In this document: piece after piece, positions 23,408 through 34,169 of the stretch
Layout: the number at the start of each line of letters is the position of its first letter
How positions within the stretch are numbered: the first letter of the stretch is position 1
Assembly: GCF_001194135.2 (NCBI RefSeq)
Contig: NC_068985.1
Span: forward strand, 13,505,222-13,553,735
Reading direction: 5' to 3'
Length of the DNA stretch: 48,514 nucleotides
Source of the DNA: Octopus bimaculoides
Lineage: Eukaryota
Program-made: the position numbers and the translations under genes
The notes under the pieces: model-generated
Database searches by the model: none
What the model saw: only the letters and a program-made list of their open reading frames with translations
What the model was told of the DNA's origin: nothing

Positions 23408-23556
23408 TAAACAATTGCAGCGTGGAAGGTATTTATAAGCCGTTTAAAAACACACAAAAACCGTTAGATTCACTTCAAAATTTTAATTTAATTTGCCAAA
23501 ATATTTTCGTCGTTTTGCTACTTCGACCTGTTCACTGACAAAATTCGGTGCTGCAT
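23408..23556 (-). mobile_element. Probable Penelope-type pseudo-LTR or retrozyme-like repeat ending at (TA)n
   Basis: Carries a minimal type-I hammerhead fold and terminates in a microsatellite. The family assignment is inferred from architecture only; no ORF is linked. Confidence 0.45.
23492..23542 (-). ncRNA. Minimal type-I hammerhead ribozyme with G3:C8 core covariation
   Basis: Minus strand: TTTGTCA-GTGAACA-G-GTCG[AAGTAGCAAAA]CGAC-GAA-AATATT-T^TGGCAAA. Stem I is 7 bp (one GU), stem II is 4 bp, stem III is palindromic, and the core GUGAACA is CUGANGA with C3/G8 swapped. Confidence 0.7.
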
Positions 23557-23837
23557 AAATATAATTAAGATTCAGTTGAATTAGTTACTGCAATGAAGCA
23601 CCTTGCTTGGTCGATCTAATTTTCACACCGAAACAATATGAGGTGGATATCGAACTCTGTGCAGAATTGTTTGCATTTGATATTCGTGCAGCGTATGCAG
23701 ATAACACAACCCAACTTAGTGAAGTGATCCACACTTTTTTGTTCAGACATGTATTTTATATAATAATACAAAAACCCTTTATATAAAATTTCCGAAGTGC
23801 AGATTCCAGGCTAGGTGAATAAAATATAAATGAGCAA

Positions 23838-24510
23838 CGAAGATAAATGTACAGGCATCAATTCATTAGGACATGGGGCTTCATGGAAGTAACAATTAAG
23901 CGAGTTCCATTACACAGGTGAGATTGGTCAAGATGCCTAAGCAACATAATGGGAACACCAGGATTTAGTGTCAAGTTATGCGCTGGCATCTCAGTCGGCT
24001 TAAGTGTGTTCAGAAATTCAACAGGGTATTGAACAACCTGATCTTGATCGACTGTTGTTAATTGATCGAAAAGTCATTTCTGATGTATCTGTTAACTTTT
24101 GAAGAAGTTCATGATTGAGTTTATCAACCATTTAATTAGTTGGAGTAAATATAACTCTTTTATATAGCCAGTGTACATCAGTGTAATTGACAGATAAATT
24201 AGGAAATACTTTATCCATAAGATCCCTAGAAAAAAGTATCATTTTGAGCGCATGTAATTTCATGTAGCTGAAGTCTTGTGTTGAACGTTAATATCCCATT
24301 ACCAACCTTAAGAAGCTCGTATGATCACCTTGTAGAAGTACTCTGATGTTGCTTGTAAGATGAAGTTTTTCCCATGTCTCCAAAGTTAGGATTTTTTGAA
24401 GCATGCATTGATCTCATCAGTTTTCTTATCCTTTTGGGATATCTAGCCACGTTTGACGAAAATCTCCTGCAAGAAGAACTGTTACTCTTCCCATGAGCAT
24501 GCTATTGTTT
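23838..24510 (-). pseudogene. Helitron PIF1-like helicase relic
   Basis: Frameshifted minus-strand translation gives GDFRQT-like and DEINACFKKS segments, LLKVGNG, DKVFPNL, WLYKRVIFTPTN and YPVEFLNTLKPTEMPAHNLTLNPGVPIMLLRHLDQSHLCNGTRLIV, all typical Helitron RepHel helicase motifs. Confidence 0.85.
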
Positions 24511-24873
24511 TTTACACAAAAAATATCAAATACATTTAATAGAAAAAATGTACATATGTTAACATATAAAAAGGTACGACTTACACAGAATAGAAATGAT
24601 ATCAAGATTAAATCTTCTTTCTGTTAACACTTTTCAAATGTAAAATTCTTCCCTGAAGACGGAGGCTGGTATTATCCGATGATGGGTCAATTTATAATTA
24701 TTATTTTGGACCACCAAGCCCTCAGAAACACTCACAGGACTCATAAAACCCTTATTCAACTCTTTTAGTTCCTGGTCCCATTTTTATTCTGTTTAAGTCG
24801 GACATTTTAATATGTTGACCTATGTACAATTTTTCTTTTAAATGTATTTAATGAGTTGTATATCGACTTGCGT

Positions 24874-25136
24874 GTGGAGGCGCGTGGCTTAGTGGTTAGG
24901 GTGGCAGCACTATGATCGTAAGATTGTGGTTTCGATTCCTGGACCGGACGATGCGTTGTTTTCTTGAGCAAAACACTTCATTTCACGTTGCTCCAGTCCA
25001 CTCAGCTGGCAAAAATGACTAATGCTGCGATGGACTGGCGTCCCGTCTAGATGGGGAACACATACGCCATTGAAACTGGGACACCGGGCCCATGAGCCTG
25101 GCTAGGCTTTAAAAGGGCGCATTTATTTTATTTATT
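24874..25136 (+). mobile_element. tRNA-derived SINE family C, full length with 15-bp TSD
   Basis: A box TGGCTTAGTGG, B box GTTTCGATTCC, (TTTA)n tail; direct repeat TATATCGACTTGCGT at 24859-24873 and 25137-25151. Confidence 0.92.
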
Positions 25137-25173
25137 TATATCGACTTGCGTAACTTGCTTATCCTTACATTTA

Positions 25174-25211
<38 letters not shown>

Positions 25212-26179
25212 CTCATAGGAGTATGTCATGTATGTATATGAATGCATGCAGACATAGTCACAAGTTCCTGAAGCAACAAAAGAAGAGTTTTGTAACATTG
25301 TTAGTGATCAGCTTGAATCCTGCGGAGACGAACTTAAATCCATATATTCGAGATACATTCATAGAAGTGTTCGTATGTGTTCATACACTCAGACACACAC
25401 ACGCACACACATTCATATATGTATACGTACACACCCACCCATATCAATGTACATGCATGCATATGTGTGTGCGTGTGTATATATATATATATATAATGCA
25501 ATTACTATCGGTTATGATAAATTGCTAATTAAAAATTAAGGAAATTGCTATATTATCCCGTTAAAAGTTAACGGTATAATTCCCTTTAGAAAATGTGGAA
25601 TAAAATATTTCTGATATAACAAAAATATTCAGGTTCTAAAACGAGTTATACATTTGTGTATTTTATTGCTGTCTCCTAACAAGTAATTAAGAAAAAACAT
25701 TAACATAATCTACTAATATTACGATTATTATTACGTTTTTACGATTATCATTACTAGTATTAGAAAGAAATCATTACTATTGTTATTATTAATAATGTAA
25801 TTGTTGATTTAGGTTTTATTATTCTTCAGTTAAAAACATTACACATCCATAAAACTAGAAATCATTATTATGTTGGGTCTTTCTGCTGTTGATGCTGTTG
25901 ACGTTGCTGTTTCCATATTTATTTTGATATGTGATCTCGTCCTCAATTACGGCATTTGCGAAAATTCAATATCGCTTCTTTATTCACAAAAGACATTAAT
26001 AGAAATTAAACAGATATAAATGAGCGTGTCACTTATGTTATTAATGAATCTCTGTTTTAATTGTTATTCTCTTGATGAAGCTATTACAGCCAGGTAAGTG
26101 TTTGAATATTACACAAAGCCTGCTATTGTAAATATAAATATATGCAAAGCGGTTAGATACAGCTTTGTTAGAAAGAGCA

Positions 26180-27050
26180 AAAGATTGGCAGAATCGGTAG
26201 AGCCTCACATAATTTCTTCTGGCTCGTAATGATCTTAGTTCAAGTCTCACCGGGGTCGAATTTGCTTATCAATCCTCCTGGGTCGGTAATGTAAAGTACC
26301 GTCCAGCACTGGAGCCGCTGGCAACGACTATCTTCCATGTCTCAAAATTACTGGCCTGGTGCCTGAATTGGAAACAGTTATATATAAATGGTACTGCACC
26401 TGTAGAAGCGCTGAGCCACTGGAAAAATTCTTTGTGTATTTCTTCCGACTCGTTACGTTCTCAGTTTAAATCCCACCGAGGTCAACCTTGCCTTTCCTCC
26501 CATCGAGGGGTCGATAAAATGAAATGTCAGTCAAGTACCGGGGTCGACGATTTCGACTGACCTCCTTATTTCAAAAATTCTGGCTGTATGACTAAATCAG
26601 AAAGCAATATTTAAGGCACCGAGCTGACAGAATTGATACTACGCCAGATAAAATGCTTAGCGGCGAGCTGGCAGAAACGTTAGCACACCGGGCGAAATGC
26701 TTAGCGGTATTTCATCTGCCACTGCGTTCTGAGTTCAAATTCCGCCGAGGTCGACTTTGCCTTTCATCCTTTCGGGGTCGATAAATTAAGTACCAGTTAC
26801 GCACTGGGGTCGATATAATCGACTTAATCCGTTTGTCTGTCCTTGTTTGTCCCCTCTGTGTGTAGCCCCTTGTGGGCAGTAAAGAAATAGGCATTTCGTC
26901 CCTCCTTTCGTTGTGAGTTCAAATTCTACCGGAGTCGACTCTGCCTTTCAGCCTTTCGGATTCGATAAATTAAGAGCCTGTTGAACGCTGGGATCAATGT
27001 AATGGACTAATCCCCTCCCCCAAATTTCAGTCCTTGTGTGGAAAGTATTA
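26180..27050 (+). mobile_element. Head-to-tail array of SINE family A copies, the last one split by a nested insertion
   Basis: Diverged copies lie at ~26180-26378 and ~26385-26612. The host copy 26613-26661 resumes at 26890 (GGCATTTCGTCC...GAGTTCAAATTC). Confidence 0.8.
26662..26889 (+). mobile_element. Young SINE A variant (Tx1-like tail) nested inside an older SINE A
   Basis: Starts GGCGAGCTGGCAG immediately after host ...AAATGCTTAGC and ends ...GTGGGCAGTAAAGAAATA immediately before host GGCATTTCGTC. Confidence 0.85.
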
Positions 27051-27181
27051 TTATTATTGGTGGTAATGGTGTTGTTGTCGTTAATGTTTACAAGTGAAAG
27101 ACGTCTATTGTGTGGAAAGTATTATTATTATTGTTGTTGGTGATGTTGTTGTTAATGTTTGCAACTCAAAGACGTTTATTT
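27034..27181 (+). repeat. Tandem duplication, 74-bp period x2
   Basis: TTGTGTGGAAAGTATTATTATTATT...GTTAATGTTT.CAA.T.AAAGACGT.TATT starts at 27034 and again at 27108. Confidence 0.85.
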
Positions 27182-27499
27182 GAAGCTCGTGTAGTATGAA
27201 ATTCTTTTTTCTTGTTATACAATTTTGTTGTTAAACCAACTAGGATATTCTGAGACGAGAAGGTTTCTTGCTGTTTCTGTCCTTTCAGAGAGAATTTTCA
27301 CAGTTTAAAGAACAGATGTACATATTTAATGAAAAACAATATGGTTTCTCAAATCGAGGGAGATGAGTCATGAAAGAGACATTCTGGAAATAGTTTCCCA
27401 AAACTACGTGCTTTAGTTAACGGAGAATGCATAAATAACAATAACAATGACAACAACGAAAACTACAAAAGCATGTATGAAATTAAGCGTGAAAGCAAC

Positions 27500-27970
27500 A
27501 CTACTGAACTGGCACCGCTCATAGCGCTACGAACACTAGCCAGAACAGCAACATCAGTGTGACAAACAACACACCTGTCTGATGACTACGAAGAAGATTG
27601 AATGGGCTGAGGGCCGACACATTCTCTCTGCCGAAGCACTCAACGACTATTTCAGGATTCACCAAAAAAGGAAACAAAAGGTGGTGAAGTAAATGCTGCT
27701 TTCCAACAAATTCGTTGAAATGCAGGTGAGAGAGGTGAGCTTGGTCCAAGTGAACAGGTTTACAGTGGGCATGCGCTTTAGATTAAAGAATGACTGAATA
27801 GTAAAGGTGCTTGTCTAAGTGGTCCAGGTGAACTGCTTTTTGTGGAGTTTCAACGGGTGGCCCTCGGAAATCTCTCCCTATTGGGGAATTACCATCTTTT
27901 TTCTTTTTTTTTTTTTTACACCAGCGTCTTTTTTACTTTGCATGTATGCCCTTGCGACTAATAAAGAATT
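27500..27970 (+). mobile_element. Second Tx1/L1-clade 3' fragment (diverged)
   Basis: DYFRIHQKRKQKVVK*MLLSNKFVEMQV aligns to DFFRFHLKRKVRLEREVLPTSKFVERWV of 5957-6349. It shares the 3' UTR motif CTATTGGGGAATTA, then AATAAAGAATT and (TAT)n. Confidence 0.72.
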
Positions 27971-27990
27971 TATTATTATTATTATTATTA

Positions 27991-29080
27991 TCTCTTTATC
28001 ACAGGTTTTGTTGGAGCTCCTGGAGTTTTGCATGCGTAGCGGGTTGTCTACCTGCAGCTTATGGTACCATGCTATTCGGTTTTTTTTTTCAGCTATTTAA
28101 TACTTTCCTGATTATTCTGGCCGTGGAAAGGAGGCAAACCTTTAGTAACATTTCTACTGGATTCTCTATTCCAATTTCCTTTATATTCCCCTTGGTGCCT
28201 TCTGATACTGTTTCCAAAGACCCAACAATAATTGGCACTATCATCACCTTCTTCATTTTCTATAGCCAGGCTATTTCGTACTTAAGAGATTTTTATCTAT
28301 CTTTTCGCCTTCTTTCTTGACTAATCATGGGTCAAAGGGGCATGCAATATCAACTATATAGTATATGTGGTGCACCTTGTCCTCCACCGCTAGGTCCGAT
28401 CTATTATGCTCTAGCACCTGGTCTGTTTGCATTGGAAAATCCCAAAGGATTTTGCTAGTCTCAGACTCTGCCACTCTCTGCGGTTTGTGCTCATTCTACG
28501 TCTTGCCTCTCTCTAGTCCCCACTTTTCGCACAGTTTCCAATGTAGCACTTTCGCTACCTGGTCGTGTCGCCACACCTTGTAATGGTTTGGGGCAAGTCT
28601 AGGTTATTCGTTCGTGATATGGGCAATGGTTTCATCCACTCTATTGTAGATGCGACACAGCGGAGACATTTGTTCAGTCCTAAGGTTGACCCTCCATTTC
28701 ATGATCAAAGCTTGGTCTTGCGCTGCCCGTACAGTACTCTCGGTCTCTTTTTTTTTATTTTTAGGGTTCCTTTCATCAGCCAATCCTTCCTATTTTTTTC
28801 CAGCAACTTCTGTTGTGGCTGCATGGAATTGATTGTGTAGTCCCTTCTTATGTAATTCTTCTTCATGTCCTTTTTGTACTTCCTCCTTTGTTTTCCCATT
28901 TTTCTCTGCTCTCAATACTTCTTTGTTCCTAACTGTCACTAGCAAAGTTTCCTTACTTTGGGCTAGGTATCTCATTAAGATTTCCAGTTCGATACGTACA
29001 CAGTCTTCCACACTTATCAGTCCCCTTCTTCCATTTGTGGGGTCTCTTTTGTGTCTGTCAATGTTGAGTGAAAAGGCCTA
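27991..29080 (-). mobile_element. R4/Dong-like non-LTR retrotransposon 3' fragment (post-RT region, CCHC knuckle, RLE endonuclease, 3' UTR)
   Basis: GRRGLISVEDCV...ETESTVRAAQDQAL...SPLCRIYNRVDETIAHI...RHDQVAKVLHWKLC...KILWDFPMQTDQVLEHNRSDLAVEDK...IVDIACPFD...VPIIVGSL...TARIIRKVLNS*, with several stops and frameshifts. The 3' end runs into (TAA)n. Confidence 0.88.
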
Positions 29081-29124
29081 ATGCAAATGCATCAAATAAT
29101 GGTGTTAATTGGGTTGGAACCAAA

Positions 29125-29530
29125 GGAGTGGCTGTGTGGTAAGTAGCTTGCTTACCAGCCACATGGTTCCGGGTTCAGTCCCACTGCGTGCCACCTTGGG
29201 CAAGCGTCTTCTACTATAGATTCGGGCCGACCAAAGCTTTGTGAGTAGATTTGGTAGACAGAAACGGAAAAGAAGCCCGTCGTATATATGAATCTGTATA
29301 TATATATGTGAGTGTTTGTGTGTCTGTGTTTGTCTCCCCAACATCGCTTGACAACCGATGCTGGTGTGTTTACGTCCCCGTAACTTAACGGTTCGGCAAA
29401 AGAGACCGATATAATAAGTACTAGGCTTACAAAGAATAAGTCCTGGGGTCGATTTGCTCGACTAAAGGCGGTGCTCTAGTATGGCCGCAGTCAAATGACT
29501 GAAACAAGTAAAAGAGTAAAAGAAAAAGAG
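29125..29530 (+). mobile_element. tRNA-derived SINE family B, well-preserved copy
   Basis: A box TGGCTGTGTGG, B-box-like GGTTCAGTCC, internal (TA)/(GT) tract and tail GCAGTCAAATGACTGAAACAAGTAAAAGAG; at least 5 copies in the window. Confidence 0.9.
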
Positions 29531-29624
29531 TGAGAGTACGTAACATCGCGCAGGCGTACATTTGCCATAGTGTGGCTTTTTTTAACTTTGGGACAGTAGC
29601 AACTATAAAAGACACCACAGCTGC

Positions 29625-30783
29625 TAAATGTGACATATTCTACATTTCAAGATATATTTGAGCAGATAAATTTTCTGAACAAACGGCTACGAGATAAAGA
29701 TACAAAGCTTTTAATTTATTAACATGTGCTTTTCTTTGGGAACTTAATTTATCCTAGATGAATGTTGGGAGTAACGATTCAATGCATTTTCCAACTCTTT
29801 CCAAAATTGAGGAGAAGCTACAAGAAGATAATAATAATAGAGGAATTAGGTTCAAAGATCTCCTAGAAATCAGCATACCAAATTGGGCTCTTCGGGGTAC
29901 AATATTTTTTGTACAAGAAGGAAATTGCCATGAAATTACTATTGGCAGGAAGTAAAATTATATTTCAATACCTGTCTTACTTCTAATTGAGTCAGATTTC
30001 AGTAGAGTGTCTTTCCGACTTTCAAAAGCTAACAATCATTTAGAAATTGTAACTAGAGATGATTTTCGTTTGTCTTTTACAAATATGGACTCAGATATTG
30101 AGATACTTGCAAAACTGAATCAGGAACAAAGATCTCGCTGAATAAATACAGTAATTTGATATATATTTTTTTCATTTTGCTAAAAGATTTTATTTTGTAC
30201 TCAAATAGTAATCATTTTTTAGAAGTTATTAATTGTTTTTGTTTTTCTGTTATCAATAGAAGTTGTTTGTTATGCGTGTTATATCTCAAAAAGAATGTGT
30301 GATTATAAATTGATTTTCATTTCGTTTTGTTTTGTTTTTGTTTTGTTTTTACTGTTTTTTTAACCAGCAAAATATTTTTGCTCTCGTGAAATAGAATAAT
30401 TGAGAATAAATGTGTAATTAATAAACAGATATTTTTATGGAGTCTACTGCGTTAATGGTACAAAACAAATCACCTTTGAAAAAAAGTTTATGTTTATTTG
30501 TTATTGAAATTTTGTTCTTTTTCATTAAAAATTATCAATTTTTAAATATTCATAGAAATAATTTTCATAATAAAAAAAATTTTAATATTGACACATTTAG
30601 TTATTAATTGGTAAATTTTACATTTTTTTTTTAAGTGTTTAAATTTTTTCAAAAAGTAACCTATTTCTACTATCAACTCTTTTAATAAAACTGAGGTGTT
30701 TCTTTTCACTAACACTAGTGGGTGTACAGACAAGTAAAAATCCAAAGGAAGACCACGAGCTAAAAGATGGTTTGGAACCACTG
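29625..30783 (+). mobile_element. hAT (Buster/Charlie-like) transposase C-terminal relic and 3' end
   Basis: QDIFEQINFLNKRLRDKDTKL...HFPTL...RFKDLLEISIPNW...LIESDFSRV...HLEIVTRDDFRLSFTNMDSDIEILAKLNQEQRSR* (stop 30139-30141). The terminal TTTGGAACCACTG at 30771-30783 matches the CAGTGGTTCC TIR type. Confidence 0.72.
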
Positions 30784-31459
30784 ACCGATCTCAAAACCCA
30801 GCTCTTTCCTCCATTGACAGAAGGTACTTACGCCATTCCATGAGTGAGATCGATCCAACTTCACCTGCTCACAGAAAAATAAAGCTAGATGTACAACCAT
30901 TTTTGCTTATCATTGCACCCTTACAATTGAATGCTAAAATAATAAACCTCGCATAACATTTCAAATTAGCCAAACACGTCTTAATAATTATCTAATTATT
31001 CACGAAGACATACACACGTTCAATATTGAGGTGCTTTTATGGTGCAATGGTTATAAAATATATGATGGCCACGTTTAAAACAAAATTTTATAAACGACTT
31101 AATTTCATAAAATAATTTCAGTAAATTACTTTATTCTATTTCATGATTTAAAGTTTGTACTTTTAGAATATTTACATTCTATCATTTATGATAACCGTTT
31201 TATTTATTTTATGATGTATGTAGTTGTCGTTTTCATTCCATAAGATACCACAAGGAAAACAGTAATGCTGTAAGACTAGTCGTGATTATCACAACAATGC
31301 TATGGGCAATGTATTAATATTGACGTACTTCCTTTACTGTCTTAAGGAGGTAGAGAAATAATTTCCATGCAACTGTTTTCAAAAGTCAAATTTTATACCA
31401 TTATATGTTGTATATATAATCCTTTATATGTCATTAGATATTGTAAATATAATTCATGT

Positions 31460-31842
31460 TTGGAGAAGGGTCTAATCGATTACATTGATTCCTGCAATGA
31501 CCAACTAGTACTTATTTTATTGATTCCGAAAAGGTGAAAGGCAAAGTCGGCCACGGCGGTATTTGAACTAATAATGCAAAGACGGACAAAATGCCGCTAA
31601 GCATTTTGTTCAGCTTGCTAAAGAGTCTGCCAGTTCATCCCCTTTATGACGTATATATAATCCTTTCTACTATAGGCACAAGGCCTGAAATTTATGGGGA
31701 GGGGGCTAGTCGGCCCCAGTACTTGACTGGTACTTATTTTATCGACCCCGAAAGAATGAAGAGCAAAGGAACATAAAGACGGACGAAATGCCAATAAGTA
31801 TTTCGTCCGGCGTGCTAACGAGTCTGCCAGCTCACTGCCTTC
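31460..31842 (-). mobile_element. Two tandem SINE family A copies; the second (31662-31842) has a 16-bp TSD
   Basis: Reverse family A sequence; direct repeat ATGACGTATATATAAT at 31646-31661 and 31843-31858. Confidence 0.85.
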
Positions 31843-33498
31843 ATGACGTATATATAATACACTAATAATATTCTTATGCATAAATGCAGAAATTTTAGAG
31901 CATCGGAAAAAATGCCTTGTAATATAACTAGTTACGGCCCTCAGTTAAAATCCTACCAGAGTTAACTTGCTTTTCATTCTTCCCGATTCGAGAATTCAAG
32001 TACCTTTCAAATGCTGGAATCGATAACATCGTCATTTTCTCTACTCAACTTCTACGTTCTCTCAACATAATTCGCACGTGCCTGACTCGGGCTCAGAAGT
32101 TACAGCCCGAGTTGTTATCTATAATCGTAAAATTTAAAAGTAATTCAAATTCAATGTGTTCTTGAAACAATTTCTATAGAGATTAGGATTTAAATTCCAA
32201 TCTATGAAAAGTTTCTGTTCTAAAATGTTTTTAATGGAACGAACAATTACCCAGCAACTCGGGTTAATACGAACGAGCCTGGTAGGTGTAAAAGACTAAC
32301 TGGCATCTCTTGTCAAGAGTACAAGCAACAGTCAGATCGCTGATGTTTGTTGTGCACTCCACTATCGTTATTCTGTTGTTTTACAGGGTTGTTTTATTTT
32401 TACCCTTAATTAAGAAATGGAGAAAGACAATACTAAATATAAAAATTAAGCCATTTGGGGCAGGAAATAAGGCGGGAAAACGGGAAATTCTTCGAGTGAC
32501 TTATGCGAAATCTGTGATGAGCCCGAGTGACGGTGATGACCTGGAGTCGTCTCTGATATATATANNNNNNNNNNNNNNNNNNNNNNNNNNNNNNNNNNNN
32601 NNNNNNNNNNNNNNNNNNNNNNNNNNNNNNNNNNNNNNNNNNNNNNNNNNNNNNNNNNNNNNNNNNNNNNNNNNNNNNNNNNNNNNNNNNNNNNNNNNNN
32701 NNNNNNNNNNNNNNNNNNNNNNNNNNNNNNNNNNNNNNNNNNNNNNNNNNNNNNNNNNNNNNNNNNNNNNNNNNNNNNNNNNNNNNNNNNNNNNNNNNNN
32801 NNNNNNNNNNNNNNNNNNNNNNNNNNNNNNNNNNNNNNNNNNNNNNNNNNNNNNNNNNNNNNNNNNNNNNNNNNNNNNNNNNNNNNNNNNNNNNNNNNNN
32901 NNNNNNNNNNNNNNNNNNNNNNNNNNNNNNNNNNNNNNNNNNNNNNNNNNNNNNNNNNNNNNNNNNNNNNNNNNNNNNNNNNNNNNNNNNNNNNNNNNNN
33001 NNNNNNNNNNNNNNNNNNNNNNNNNNNNNNNNNNNNNNNNNNNNNNNNNNNNNNNNNNNNNNNNNNNNNNNNNNNNNNNNNNNNNNNNNNNNNNNNNNNN
33101 NNNNNNNNNNNNNNNNNNNNNNNNNNNNNNNNNNNNNNNNNNNNNNNNNNNNNNNNNNNNNNNNNNNNNNNNNNNNNNNNNNNNNNNNNNNNNNNNNNNN
33201 NNNNNNNNNNNNNNNNNNNNNNNNNNNNNNNNNNNNNNNNNNNNNNNNNNNNNNNNNNNNNNNNNNNNNNNNNNNNNNNNNNNNNNNNNNNNNNNNNNNN
33301 NNNNNNNNATATAAATATAAACACATAGACACACATATGTATAACATACATTAATGTGTGTGTGTTGGTGCGTGTGTAAAATATCATATATCTATTGTGT
33401 ATGTATATCTGTGCATGTGTGAATTTGTAGATGCATAATATATGCATATACATATATATATGTATATATAAGTGCATGTACGCATACACACACATATG

Positions 33499-33553
<55 letters not shown>

Positions 33554-34087
33554 GTGTGTGTGCGTGTGTGTGTGTGTGTGTATATATGCATGCATGTATG
33601 TATACATGTGTTTCTACGTTTCTATTGAAAATACAATCGCCACAAGAAATCTTCCTTCACACTATCTCACGTATTTTACATTACAACTCTTCAAAGTAGT
33701 TATGGCCTTTAGTAAGCTGATTGACGAAAATCGGTGTTAGCTTCAACGACTGTTGCAATTTGTGTTTAGTGCACTTCTTGGAAACTATCGCCTACTCCAG
33801 CTTTGATCTACGACAAATAGCAACTAAAGTTTTCCATTTGTATTGCTTAGAGAGATAACTGTAATTTCTTCTTCAGAGGTAAAGACTTGAGATTATTAGA
33901 AGCGATGTGTGTGTGTATATGTGTGTGTTTGTGAGTGTGTGTGGGTGGGTGCTCGTTTGTGTGTTTGTGTGTGTGAGAGAGAGAGATTGTTTTATGTACA
34001 AATATATACGTAAATATGTGATATGTATGCGTGTGGGCAGGTGCATGTGTTGTGTGTGTATTTGTATGTATGAATGTACTGGCATGA

Positions 34088-34169
<82 letters not shown>

